Assembly (NCBI GenBank): GCA_949299015.1
Contig: CASFYT010000002.1
Span: forward strand, 50,781 to 114,780
From: an uncultured Bacillota bacterium
Lineage (GTDB): Bacteria; Bacillota_I; Bacilli_A; RFN20; CAG-288
Length of the DNA: 64,000 bases
Direction: 5' to 3'
Below the pieces are notes generated by a model. It searched no databases. It saw only the letters and a list, made by a program, of their open reading frames with translations, and was not told the DNA's origin. This document shows, piece by piece, positions 27,874 through 37,912 of this stretch (positions within the stretch are counted from its first letter, which is position 1; each line of letters starts with the position of its first letter). The translations under genes and the position numbers were made by a program.

Positions 27874-30278
27874 TTCGCATCGCACTTTGCGGAAATCCCA
27901 ACTGTGGCAAGACGACTCTCTTCAACAACCTGACGGGAGCGCGGGCACACGTTGGCAACTGGCCCGGCGTCACGGTCGAGAAGCGAGAAGGAACGTATCG
28001 AAGGAAGAAGGACTTTCCGGAGGAGATTCAGATCGTCGACCTTCCTGGAATCTATTCCCTTTCTCCCTATACGCCTGAGGAAGTCGTCTCTCGGAACTAC
28101 ATCCTGGACGAAAAGCCGGACGTCGTCATCAACCTCGTCGATGCGACGAACCTCTCGCGCAACCTCTTCCTGACCTCTCAGGTCCTGGAGATGGATGTCC
28201 CTGTCGTCGTCGCCTTGAACCTCATGGACGTGATCGAGAAGCGCGGAGACGAGATCGACGTCGAAAAGCTCAGCTTGGAGCTTGGCGTTCCGGTCATTCC
28301 GATTTCTGCCTTGAAGGGCACCAACATGAAGCTCTTGATGCAGACCTGCTACGATCTCAAGGGGACCAAGAGGGAAGGAAAGCTGATGCTGGAGGACGAA
28401 AGACTCAAGAAGGCCATCTCCGAAATCGGTCAGCGCTGCAAGGAAGAAGGAATCCCCTCTCCTCTTTTCGTCGCAAGCAAGATGGTGGAAAACGATGCCC
28501 TCGTCATCAACAAATATCCTGACATTGTACAAAATATTTCATCTATCATCGAAAAAGATGGCATCAATGAAGATGTCAATCGATTGGAGGAAAAGGTCGC
28601 CGATGATCGATATTCATATATCGACGATAAACTATATCGATATTACAAGAGGGGCATCCTTCGGCCGAAGAGATCCTTCTCGGATCGGGTCGACAGCATC
28701 CTGACCAACCGCTTCCTCGGACTTCCCATCTTCGCGGTCGTCATGTTCCTGATCTTCTGCATCGTCTTCAATTCCGACTTCCTTTTCATGGGGGCCATGG
28801 GCATGCCGCCGGTCCGTCCCTTCTTTGAGGATGCCGAGCCTGGAATGCCTTCCCTTGGCATTGTCCTGCAGGACTTCCTCGACTGGTTCCTCAACGGACT
28901 TGTCCTCGGAAACTTCTCGGCCTGGCTGGAGTCGGTCCATGCCGATCCCTGGTTCGTTTCCCTGCTCTGTGACGGCATCCTCGCCTCGGTCTTCGCGGTC
29001 ATCACGTTCCTGCCGCTCATCGTCCTGCTGACCTTGTTCATCCAGCTTCTGGAGAACTCGGGATACATGGCACGCGTCGCCTTCGTCTTCGATCGTCTGC
29101 TCCGTCGATTCGGCATCTCGGGAAAGTGCGTCGTTCCGCTCATTTCGTGCTTCGGCTGCGCCGTTCCGGGCATCATGGGAGCACGGACGATCGAAAGCCA
29201 GAGAGAGCGCGTGATGACGATTTCCCTGACGCCTTTCTTCGCCTGCAGCGCCAAGCTTCCCATCTTCATGGGCGTTGGAACGGCCATCATCCAGGAGCTG
29301 ACGGGCGGGGCTTTGCAAGGCGGAATCGTGGCCTTCGTCATGTATGCCATCGGAATTGTCGGCGCGATCCTGGCCGGCTACTTCTCCAACGAATTCATTC
29401 TCCAGGGAAAGTCCTCTCCCTTCATCATGGAGTTCCCGCCCTATATGGTTCCGCAGGCGAAGGCGACGGGCATCGCCCTTTGGGAAGAGACGAAACGCTT
29501 CTTGATCCGCGCGGGAACGATCATCGCCCTGATGTCGGCCCTCCTTTGGTTCCTTCAGTCCTTCCAATGGAATTGGACCATGGTTCCGACCATCGAGGTC
29601 GAGATTGAAGGGGAACTCCAGGAAATCGGCGACATCAGCCAGTCGATCCTGGCGTCGATCGGAAGCTTCATCCAACCGATCTTCTATCCTCTCGGCTTCG
29701 CCCATGGCTCGGATGGCTGGAAGTACGTCGTCTCCTCGATCACGGGGCTCGTGGCCAAGGAACAGGTCGTGGGCACGATGGAGTCCTTGGACATCTATTC
29801 GATCCAGTCGGCGGGCATCAACGTCCCGGGCGCCTTCTCCTTCCTGACCTTCAACCTCTTCACCCTCCCCTGCGTGGCGGCGATCTCTGCGGCGAAGGCC
29901 GAGCTCCGCAGCAAGAGGAACTTCCGCTATGTCCTTCTCTTCTGGATTGTGACGTCCTATCTTGTCTCCTTGATTACCTACGGATTAGGTTCGCTTTCTT
30001 TGATTGGAACATCCGCCTACGGAACGTTGGAATTGGTCGATACGATCATCGCCTTCGTCCTCATCGGCGGCCTGGTCCTCCTGATCGCCCTCAATGCCTT
30101 CTCCCTTCGTCGGAGGCAGAAGCCGATCCACTTGATTCCTTTCGTGGTCGACGACAAGAACGTCGCCTTCGTCAACAACGCCATCGACGTCCAGACGGCG
30201 GGTGTCGCGACGAACGTCGCCTGCGAAAAAAAGGGTATCTTTGGGCATAAAAACCACAAAAACGGATGCTGTCATTAG
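27870..30278 (+). CDS. feoB: Ferrous iron transporter FeoB
   Basis: 802 aa. N-terminal G-domain with the G1 motif GNPNCGKTT and G4 NLMD, then a polytopic membrane domain. The C-terminal tail is GHKNHKNGCCH. Confidence 0.95.
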   Translation: MIRIALCGNPNCGKTTLFNNLTGARAHVGNWPGVTVEKREGTYRRKKDFPEEIQIVDLPGIYSLSPYTPEEVVSRNYILDEKPDVVINLVDATNLSRNLFLTSQVLEMDVPVVVALNLMDVIEKRGDEIDVEKLSLELGVPVIPISALKGTNMKLLMQTCYDLKGTKREGKLMLEDERLKKAISEIGQRCKEEGIPSPLFVASKMVENDALVINKYPDIVQNISSIIEKDGINEDVNRLEEKVADDRYSYIDDKLYRYYKRGILRPKRSFSDRVDSILTNRFLGLPIFAVVMFLIFCIVFNSDFLFMGAMGMPPVRPFFEDAEPGMPSLGIVLQDFLDWFLNGLVLGNFSAWLESVHADPWFVSLLCDGILASVFAVITFLPLIVLLTLFIQLLENSGYMARVAFVFDRLLRRFGISGKCVVPLISCFGCAVPGIMGARTIESQRERVMTISLTPFFACSAKLPIFMGVGTAIIQELTGGALQGGIVAFVMYAIGIVGAILAGYFSNEFILQGKSSPFIMEFPPYMVPQAKATGIALWEETKRFLIRAGTIIALMSALLWFLQSFQWNWTMVPTIEVEIEGELQEIGDISQSILASIGSFIQPIFYPLGFAHGSDGWKYVVSSITGLVAKEQVVGTMESLDIYSIQSAGINVPGAFSFLTFNLFTLPCVAAISAAKAELRSKRNFRYVLLFWIVTSYLVSLITYGLGSLSLIGTSAYGTLELVDTIIAFVLIGGLVLLIALNAFSLRRRQKPIHLIPFVVDDKNVAFVNNAIDVQTAGVATNVACEKKGIFGHKNHKNGCCH

Positions 30279-30414
30279 AATAACCGCTTTCATGCCGTCG
30301 CCGATATTGACAAGAAAGGAAACGTTGGATTACACTTTAATCAGCCAAGAGCCATGGGTTTCTTAGGCGATGAAAGCGACAATAAATTCCAACATAAAAT
30401 TCCTTTTGCTCTCT

Positions 30415-30444
30415 CCCCTGTGCATCTGTACAGGGGAGTTTTTT
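30415..30444 (+). terminator. Terminator-like hairpin (CCCCTGT-N8-ACAGGGG followed by AGTTTTTT) between feoB and the Nudix gene
   Basis: 7-bp GC-rich stem plus U-tract, 137 bp after the feoB stop and 20 bp before the Nudix RBS. Confidence 0.55.
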
Positions 30445-30464
30445 GCATCACGAGGAGGACTGCC

Positions 30465-30875
30465 ATGAAGCAAGAATTCAGCTATGGTGCCGTTGTCTAC
30501 CGGACGATCGACGGGAAGAGGCTTTACCTGATCGAGAAGATGCGTCAGGGACACTTTTCCCTTCCGAAGGGACACATCGAACCGGGCGAGACGCCTCTCG
30601 AGTGCGTCCGCCGCGAGATCAAGGAAGAGACGAACCTCGACGTTTCGGTCGATACGGGCTTTGCCCATACGATCACGTATTCGCCCGGCAAGGGCGTGAC
30701 GAAGGACGTGACCTTCTACCTAGCGACGCCGACCTCGACCGATCTCCGCGCACAGCCGGAGGAAGTCCAGGAAATCTTCTTCCTTTCCTACGAAGAGGCC
30801 CTCGCCGTCCTGACTCACGCCTCGGACAAGGAGACGCTCGTGCGGGCGGAATTCTTCCTTTCCCGTCGACGATGA
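30465..30875 (+). CDS. Nudix hydrolase (136 aa)
   Basis: Nudix box GHIEPGETPLECVRREIKEETNL is present. RBS GAGGAGGA lies 5 nt before the ATG. Confidence 0.88.
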   Translation: MKQEFSYGAVVYRTIDGKRLYLIEKMRQGHFSLPKGHIEPGETPLECVRREIKEETNLDVSVDTGFAHTITYSPGKGVTKDVTFYLATPTSTDLRAQPEEVQEIFFLSYEEALAVLTHASDKETLVRAEFFLSRRR

Positions 30876-31297
30876 AGCGAAGTTCGGAAGAAAACCATCG
30901 GTTGATGGCTTCGATCCGAGGAAAGGATACCTCGATCGAAGTCTGCCTTCGGAAGGCGCTCTATCGCGATGGCTATCGCTATCGGAAGAACTTTCGGGAG
31001 CTCCCGGGGACGCCGGACATCGTCCTGACGAGGGAGAAGGTCTGCATCTTCTGCGACGGCGACTTCTTTCACGGATACGATCAGGCGAAGATCGAGAGGG
31101 AAGTGAAGACGAACGCCGAATTCTGGAAGGCGAAGATCGAAAGGAATCGACAACGGGATCGGCAGGTCGACGAGCTGCTCAGCGCGAGAGGATACCTCGT
31201 CCTTCGATATTGGGAACACGAAATCCGACAGGACCTGGAGAAGGTCGTCTCGGAGATCGAACTCATCCTGACGGAAAGAAGGCGCAAGGAAGGATGA
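30871..31297 (+). CDS. vsr: Very-short-patch-repair endonuclease Vsr (T:G mismatch endonuclease)
   Basis: 142 aa. The conserved Vsr segments CDGDFFHG and RYWEHE are present, together with the FWKAKIERNRQRD region. The ATG overlaps the Nudix stop (ATGA). Confidence 0.85.
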
Positions 31298-31771
31298 GGA
31301 AGGATCGGGGGAAATCCAATCCAATGGGCAGAAAAGAGAAAGCGAGAATTGAATCAAAAGGCAAAGCCATGGTCAATCGAATCTTGATTTCCCGTTTCCT
31401 TGATTTCTTCATGACAGCCACGTCTGTCGGAATCCGTCAGTGACAAAGAGACCGGACTGAGTGTGAAAAATGGTTTTTCCAAAAAGGGATTGCTTTTTCG
31501 GCAACTCATCCATTCTGTGGAAAGCGAACCATGAAATTCAATTTGTCTGATATATTTTTTTTCGGGTGATACATGAATTTTGATAGGATCTGCCTTTTGA
31601 AAACCTCAAGGGACCATCACGGAAGACTTTGTGGACAAGGATGAGCGAGGCAAAAAGCGCTCAGGACGATCGATCCATGAAAGTCCATTGACTGAACCTG
31701 AATCGAGCGGGTGCTTGTCGACGTCCTTGTCTTCTTGAGGTCCGTCAGGGATTCGGTCCTTTCCGGAAGAG

Positions 31772-31807
31772 GAACGGTAAAAGAAAAGGAAGGACTTTCG
31801 TCCTTCC
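31772..31807 (-). terminator. Rho-independent terminator after rpiB (minus strand)
   Basis: GGAAGGAC-GAAA-GTCCTTCC followed by TTTTCTTTT on the minus strand, directly after the TAA stop. Confidence 0.8.
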
Positions 31808-31810
31808 TCC

Positions 31811-32272
31811 TTACTTGCAGTGGTCCTTCTCGTACTGCTCGATCATCTCGACGCGCCGTTGGTGACGTCCTTCGTGGGGCGTCGACGAGAAGAAGATGTC
31901 GATGCGCCTCAGGACGTCCTCCAGGGGCATGTAGGCTCCGCCGAAGGCGATCATGTTGGCGTGGTTATGCGTCACCAGGAGGTGGCTGACGGAATCGTTG
32001 TAGCCGATTCCGCAGATGACACCCTTGACCTTGTTGGCGCAGATGCTGACGCCTTCGCCGCTGGTGCAGACGAGGACGCCGGCCTGGGCCCGTCCTTCCG
32101 AGACGGCGGTCGCCGCCTTGAAGGCCGGTTCCGGATAGTTGCAGCTCTCCTTGGAGTTGGTTCCGCAGTCGATGACTTCGTATCCCATCTCCTGAAGGTG
32201 CTTGATGACGGCCTCCTTGTAGGGATAGCCGCCGTGGTCGCAGCCGAAGCTGACAGTCTTAATGTTTTCCAT
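31811..32272 (-). CDS. rpiB: Ribose-5-phosphate isomerase B
   Basis: 153 aa with the RpiB/LacAB fold motifs (GCDHGG, CGIGY). It overlaps the 3' end of tsaC by 14 nt. Confidence 0.9.
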   Translation of the reverse strand: MENIKTVSFGCDHGGYPYKEAVIKHLQEMGYEVIDCGTNSKESCNYPEPAFKAATAVSEGRAQAGVLVCTSGEGVSICANKVKGVICGIGYNDSVSHLLVTHNHANMIAFGGAYMPLEDVLRRIDIFFSSTPHEGRHQRRVEMIEQYEKDHCK

Positions 32273-32873
32273 AGTATGTCTCCTTGATTGAATCCAGCGA
32301 GATTTCTCCTTCGCGGATCATCCGGACGTCGCCGTGGCTGAGGTCGACGACCGTGCTCGGAACGAGACGGTCGCAGCGTCCTTCGACCAGGTAGGCGATG
32401 TCCTCGTTGTCCCGGAAGGTTTCTTCGACGTCTGCCGCCGCCGTCAGCGCCTTCGACCCGGAAAGGTTGGCGCTGGTGACCTGAAGCGGCTTCTTCAGGA
32501 GCGAGAGGAAGGAGAGAAGGTCCTTCTTGGCCGGGATGCGCAGGCCGCAGATGCCGGTTCCCAGATGGGATTGGAAGGGGCAGCCTTCCTTCGCCCGGAC
32601 GAGGATGGTCAGCGGTCCGGGAAGGAATCTCTTCCTCACGCGGTCGATGCCCTCGTCGATGAGGAAGTACGGGGCGAGGTCGAAGTCGTCGGAGACCATG
32701 CAGGCGATGGCCTTGTCCGGCCTCCGTCTCTTGGCGGCCACGAGCCGCTCGTAGGCCTTCTCGTCGTCCCAGAGGACGCCAAGCCCATAGACCGTCTCGG
32801 TCGGCAGGGCGACGACCTTCCCTTCCTTCAGGGCGGCGACGAGCCGTGGATCCGAAAAATCCGTTCTTTCCAT
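32259..32873 (-). CDS. tsaC: L-threonylcarbamoyladenylate synthase (TsaC/YrdC/YwlC family)
   Basis: 205 aa with the YrdC signature ALPTETVYGLG. The ywlC-rpiB adjacency is as in Bacillus. The start is chosen at MERTDF; the longer track ORF is upstream read-through in arginine-rich junk. Confidence 0.88.
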   Translation of the reverse strand: MERTDFSDPRLVAALKEGKVVALPTETVYGLGVLWDDEKAYERLVAAKRRRPDKAIACMVSDDFDLAPYFLIDEGIDRVRKRFLPGPLTILVRAKEGCPFQSHLGTGICGLRIPAKKDLLSFLSLLKKPLQVTSANLSGSKALTAAADVEETFRDNEDIAYLVEGRCDRLVPSTVVDLSHGDVRMIREGEISLDSIKETYYGKH

Positions 32874-32908
32874 GGTCTTTGTCGGGGATGGGAGGAAAAG
32901 GGGAGGGA

Positions 32909-33481
32909 TTACTTCTTGCGGTGCGGGTTGAGGATGTTGACGAACGTATCCTCGTCCGGCGTCAAGGTCCGATTGTAGGCGTAGTACTTGGAATAGGGGT
33001 AGCCGTAGTGAAGGCAGAGGTCCTTGAGGATGACGCCCTTCTTGGTATCGTAGACCTTCTTGATGGCCGTGAAGCGGATGACGTCGAGGTCCGTGTCGGG
33101 CGTCAGTCCGAGTTCCTCCGGCTTGGCGATGTAGCTGTCGCAGAGCGTCACGGCCTCCTGGAAGATCCGCACCTTGCGCTCCTTGGCCGTCTCGGGAGCG
33201 GGTTTGCTCTTGCGGACGACCTTGCGGCGCGGCAGGCCTTCCAGACCGTACTTGGACCTCCATAGGCCCAGGACGCCGTTGATGCGGCTCCTTCCGAGGA
33301 CGCGGACGGAGAGTCCGTTGTCGGTGAAGACCTGGAAGGGATCCTCTCCCTTCTTGAGGGCTTCGCAGACCTTGAGGGCGAATTCCTCCTTGAAGATGAC
33401 CTTGGCGGTCGTGCACTTCTCGACGTTCGGATTCTTGTTGAGGACGCGTTGGGCGTGCTTGGTGAAGGGTCTGGATGACAT
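32909..33481 (-). CDS. Hypothetical basic protein (190 aa) with two tandem helix-turn-helix-like segments resembling the N-terminus of IS3-family OrfA
   Basis: Strong RBS AAGGAGGAAA 6 nt before the ATG. The start lies 1 nt after the ftsH stop. It is Lys/Arg-rich and has no transposase catalytic domain. Confidence 0.6.
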   Translation of the reverse strand: MSSRPFTKHAQRVLNKNPNVEKCTTAKVIFKEEFALKVCEALKKGEDPFQVFTDNGLSVRVLGRSRINGVLGLWRSKYGLEGLPRRKVVRKSKPAPETAKERKVRIFQEAVTLCDSYIAKPEELGLTPDTDLDVIRFTAIKKVYDTKKGVILKDLCLHYGYPYSKYYAYNRTLTPDEDTFVNILNPHRKK

Positions 33482-33482
33482 G

Positions 33483-36173
33483 TCAATTTCCTCCTTGATT
33501 ATCGTTCGTGTTATCCGACGAATCCGGCTGATCGTCCTTCTTCTCTTCCGGTTCCTTCCGATCGGTCGGAAGGATCTCGTTCACGACGCCCTTGCGGACT
33601 CCTTCCGCCGGGCTCTCCTTCGGCTCATAGCGGGCTCGCAGGGAGAGGACCGTCGGATTGTCCGTCTTGACCAGGAGGACGGGAACGCCGGAATAGGCCT
33701 CGATGTGGCTGGCGAAGGTTTCCAGGGAGAGGGAGATGTTCATCGTCTGGGAGTAGTCGAGGAAGATCATGCCGATGCGGCTGGGATCCGCGGCGCCCTG
33801 GATGCAGGCGTGGCGGAACTCCTCGTTGCTGATGGGACCCGACCGTCCGGTGGCGACGACCAGGACCAGGCGGGAAGGATTTCCTGCCAGGATGCGGTCG
33901 GCCGAGACGTAGAACGGTTCGAAGCCCGGATAGAGGATGATGTTGTTGGGGTTCTTCGGGTTGAGTCCTTCCTGCGTCTGGAGCTTGTGCTCGTCGACGG
34001 GCGGAAGGTGCCGATTCTTGAGGAGGTAGCTGATCTGGTCGCCCGTGATGGTCTCGTATTCGATGAGGGTCTTGGCAATCAGCTCGACGTCCTCCCTGTG
34101 CTCCGTCAGGAGCTTGGTCGCCTGTTCGTGGCATTGGTCGATGATGTCGCGGACGGCCTTGTCGATCTCGTAGGCGATCTGGGTCGAGTAGTTGGCCTGG
34201 GTGGAGGTGTAGTCCCTTCCCAGGAAGACCGAGCCGCCGGGCTTCTCGTATTGGATCGGACCCAGCTCCGACATGCCGTATTGCGTGACCATCGAGCGGG
34301 CGAGCTGCGTCGCGACCTCAATGTCGTTGGACGCGCCGGTCGAGACGTCTCCGAAGAAGATCTCTTCGGACGTCCGTCCTCCGAGGTAGCCCGTGATGCG
34401 GGCCATCATCTGGTTCTTGGTCAAGAGGAAGTGGTCCTGGGCCGGTGTCATCAGGACATGGCCGCCTGTCCGTCCGCGGGGGACGATCGTGATCTTCTGG
34501 ACCACGTCCGAATAGGGAAGGAAGATGCCGATGACGGCGTGGCCCGATTCGTGATAGGCCACCTGTCTCTTCTCGTTCTCCTCCAGGTGGGATTTCTTGG
34601 CCGGTCCCGAGATGGCACGGTCGATGGCTTCGTCGATGTCCGCCGTCGTGATGGCGTCGCGGTTGGAACGGACGGCGAGGATGGCGGCATCGTTCATGAT
34701 GTTGGCGAGGTCCGCGCCGGAGAAGCCGACCGTCCGCCCGGCGATCTCGTTGAGGTCGACGTCGGAGGCCATCTTCTTGTTGCGGGCGTGAACCTTGAGG
34801 ATGTCGGCCCTGCCCTTGCGGTCGGGAAGGTCGACGGTGATGGTCCGGTCGAAGCGGCCCGGACGCGTCAGGGCGGGATCGAGGACGTCGGAGCGGTTGG
34901 TCGCCGCCATGATGATGACGCCGGAGTTGTCGGCAAAGCCGTCCATCTCGACGAGGAGTTCGTTCAGGGTCTGCTCGCGTTCGTCGTTTCCGCCGCCCAG
35001 TCCGGCGCCTCTCTGACGGCCGACGGCGTCGATTTCGTCGATGAAGATCAGGCAGGGGGCGTTGGCCTTCGCCGTCTTGAAGAGGGAACGGACGCGCGAG
35101 GCGCCGACGCCGACGTACATCTCGACGAAGTCGGAGCCGGAGATGGAATAGAAGGGGACGCTCGCCTCGCCGGCGACGGCCTTGGCCAGCAAGGTCTTAC
35201 CGGTTCCCGGAGGGCCGACGAGGAGGACGCCGTGGGGAAGCTTGGCGCCCAGGCGCGTATATTTGTCCGTCGAGTGGAAGTAGTCGACCAGTTCGACGAG
35301 TTCCGCCTTCGCCTCGTCGCAGCCGGCGACGTCGGAGAAGCGGACCTTGGAGGTGGATTCCTTGCGGGCGATGTTGTTGACGAATCCACCCATCGGGCCG
35401 CCGCTTCCTCCGCTCATGGAACGGCTCATGCGGCTGTAGAGGTAGATCATGACGCCGATGAAGACGATGAACAGGAGCAGAGGAATGAGCCAGGAACCGA
35501 TGTCGGACGTCGATTCCAGGCCGAACTGGAAGTGCAGCGTCGTGTAGTAGCGATGCGGGAGGTTGTCCTCTCCGGTGTAGGTGACGTAGTCGATCAAGGG
35601 GATGATGTATTGCTGGTACTCCTCCTGGCTGATCGCGGTCTGGAAGCTGTAGGCTTGGACGCGGTTGTTGCTGTCCACGACCGTGTAGTTTCCCTGGAGG
35701 TAGATGATCTCGCTGGAGATGTTGCTTTGGACGGCGGTCATCGTCAGGCCGTAGTCGTCGGGGGAGACCAGGTAGGGGACGAAGCGCCCGACCGGGATGA
35801 TGACGCCGTTCGGGTTCGTCTCGGCATCGTAAATGGTGAAGGTCTTGCCTTCGGGAAGAGGTTCGGTCCGCGGGTCGTTGTAGCCTTCTTCGTCGGGGTT
35901 GTAGTCGACCTGGTAATGGAAATCGCTGTTGTTGAGGGAGACGGAATAGGTCGTGCTGCGGAAGACGAAGAAGTACAGCATCAGCGCGATGACGGCGACC
36001 AGGGCGAGGGCCAGGAGAATGACGGAGATGTAGCTTCTTCCTCCCCGGGGGTTCTGGGAATGGCGTCCGCGCTCGGGTCTCGGGTTCTGCGGGCTATCGC
36101 CATCATCCGAAAAATTCATCCTGTAGGAAGAGGAATCGTATCGAATTGAATCGGTGCTATCTTTTTCTTTCAT
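33483..36173 (-). CDS. ftsH: ATP-dependent zinc metalloprotease FtsH, with an enlarged extracytoplasmic loop and a C-terminal extension of about 165 aa
   Basis: AAA+ module with Walker A GPPGTGKT and the second-region-of-homology segment [20 protein letters not shown], plus the M41 HESGH zinc site. The start is chosen at MKEKDST (GGAGGAAAC RBS); the track ORF extends 27 codons further upstream. Confidence 0.92.
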   Translation of the reverse strand: MKEKDSTDSIRYDSSSYRMNFSDDGDSPQNPRPERGRHSQNPRGGRSYISVILLALALVAVIALMLYFFVFRSTTYSVSLNNSDFHYQVDYNPDEEGYNDPRTEPLPEGKTFTIYDAETNPNGVIIPVGRFVPYLVSPDDYGLTMTAVQSNISSEIIYLQGNYTVVDSNNRVQAYSFQTAISQEEYQQYIIPLIDYVTYTGEDNLPHRYYTTLHFQFGLESTSDIGSWLIPLLLFIVFIGVMIYLYSRMSRSMSGGSGGPMGGFVNNIARKESTSKVRFSDVAGCDEAKAELVELVDYFHSTDKYTRLGAKLPHGVLLVGPPGTGKTLLAKAVAGEASVPFYSISGSDFVEMYVGVGASRVRSLFKTAKANAPCLIFIDEIDAVGRQRGAGLGGGNDEREQTLNELLVEMDGFADNSGVIIMAATNRSDVLDPALTRPGRFDRTITVDLPDRKGRADILKVHARNKKMASDVDLNEIAGRTVGFSGADLANIMNDAAILAVRSNRDAITTADIDEAIDRAISGPAKKSHLEENEKRQVAYHESGHAVIGIFLPYSDVVQKITIVPRGRTGGHVLMTPAQDHFLLTKNQMMARITGYLGGRTSEEIFFGDVSTGASNDIEVATQLARSMVTQYGMSELGPIQYEKPGGSVFLGRDYTSTQANYSTQIAYEIDKAVRDIIDQCHEQATKLLTEHREDVELIAKTLIEYETITGDQISYLLKNRHLPPVDEHKLQTQEGLNPKNPNNIILYPGFEPFYVSADRILAGNPSRLVLVVATGRSGPISNEEFRHACIQGAADPSRIGMIFLDYSQTMNISLSLETFASHIEAYSGVPVLLVKTDNPTVLSLRARYEPKESPAEGVRKGVVNEILPTDRKEPEEKKDDQPDSSDNTNDNQGGN

Positions 36174-36418
36174 TCGTTTCCTCCGGATAAACGGTATCTC
36201 ATCGTCCTGAATAGCATTACTATAAGAAAACAAAGGCATTTTTTCAAGGAACATGCATTTTTGAAAGATTGGAATACGATTCTGAAAAACGTTCGTTAAA
36301 TCCGCATTTTTTCCTTTTCGTCAATCCCCCATCGGAAAGAAAAAAACTTCCTTTGGCGCTCCAGGAAGAGCTTTTGGAAAATCAACTCCTTCCAAAAAGC
36401 GCTTACATCGGTGGAAGC

Positions 36419-36454
36419 GAACGAAAAACAGCTGCCCCGGCAAGGGGGCAGCTG
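36419..36454 (-). terminator. Rho-independent terminator after eno (minus strand)
   Basis: CAGCTGCCCC-N6-GGGGCAGCTG followed by TTTTTCG on the minus strand, 25 nt after the eno stop. Confidence 0.8.
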
Positions 36455-36480
36455 CGAATCTTTCCGATGGCAGAGAGAGG

Positions 36481-37872
<1,392 letters not shown>

Positions 37873-37897
37873 CTAGGAGACCTCTCCTTGGCAGAGC

Positions 37898-37906
37898 TGA
37901 TATAAT
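37898..37906 (+). promoter_or_regulatory. Extended -10 element TGATATAAT, 6 nt upstream of the mnmE ATG (candidate leaderless promoter)
   Basis: TGn+TATAAT read from the sequence. There is no SD sequence and no canonical -35. The ATG at 37913 lies where the transcription start would be expected. Confidence 0.45.
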
Positions 37907-37912
37907 AGGAAC

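Noticed and set aside
32874-33416. 385-aa version of tsaC from the ORF track (Arg/Gln/Pro-rich N-terminal 180 aa)
   Set aside because: The extension overlaps the upstream HTH gene out of frame and is compositional junk. The conserved YrdC domain begins at MERTDF, which has its own start context.
32909-33481. Possible insertion sequence (IS3-like OrfA)
   Set aside because: Only the HTH-like N-terminal module is present. There is no OrfB/DDE transposase, no frameshift site, and no inverted repeats flanking, so it is not called as a mobile element.
33174-36149. 991-aa ORF antisense to ftsH, and 36673-37905 antisense to eno
   Set aside because: FtsH and enolase are certain on the minus strand. 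The antisense products are repetitive Gly/Asp/Arg-rich.
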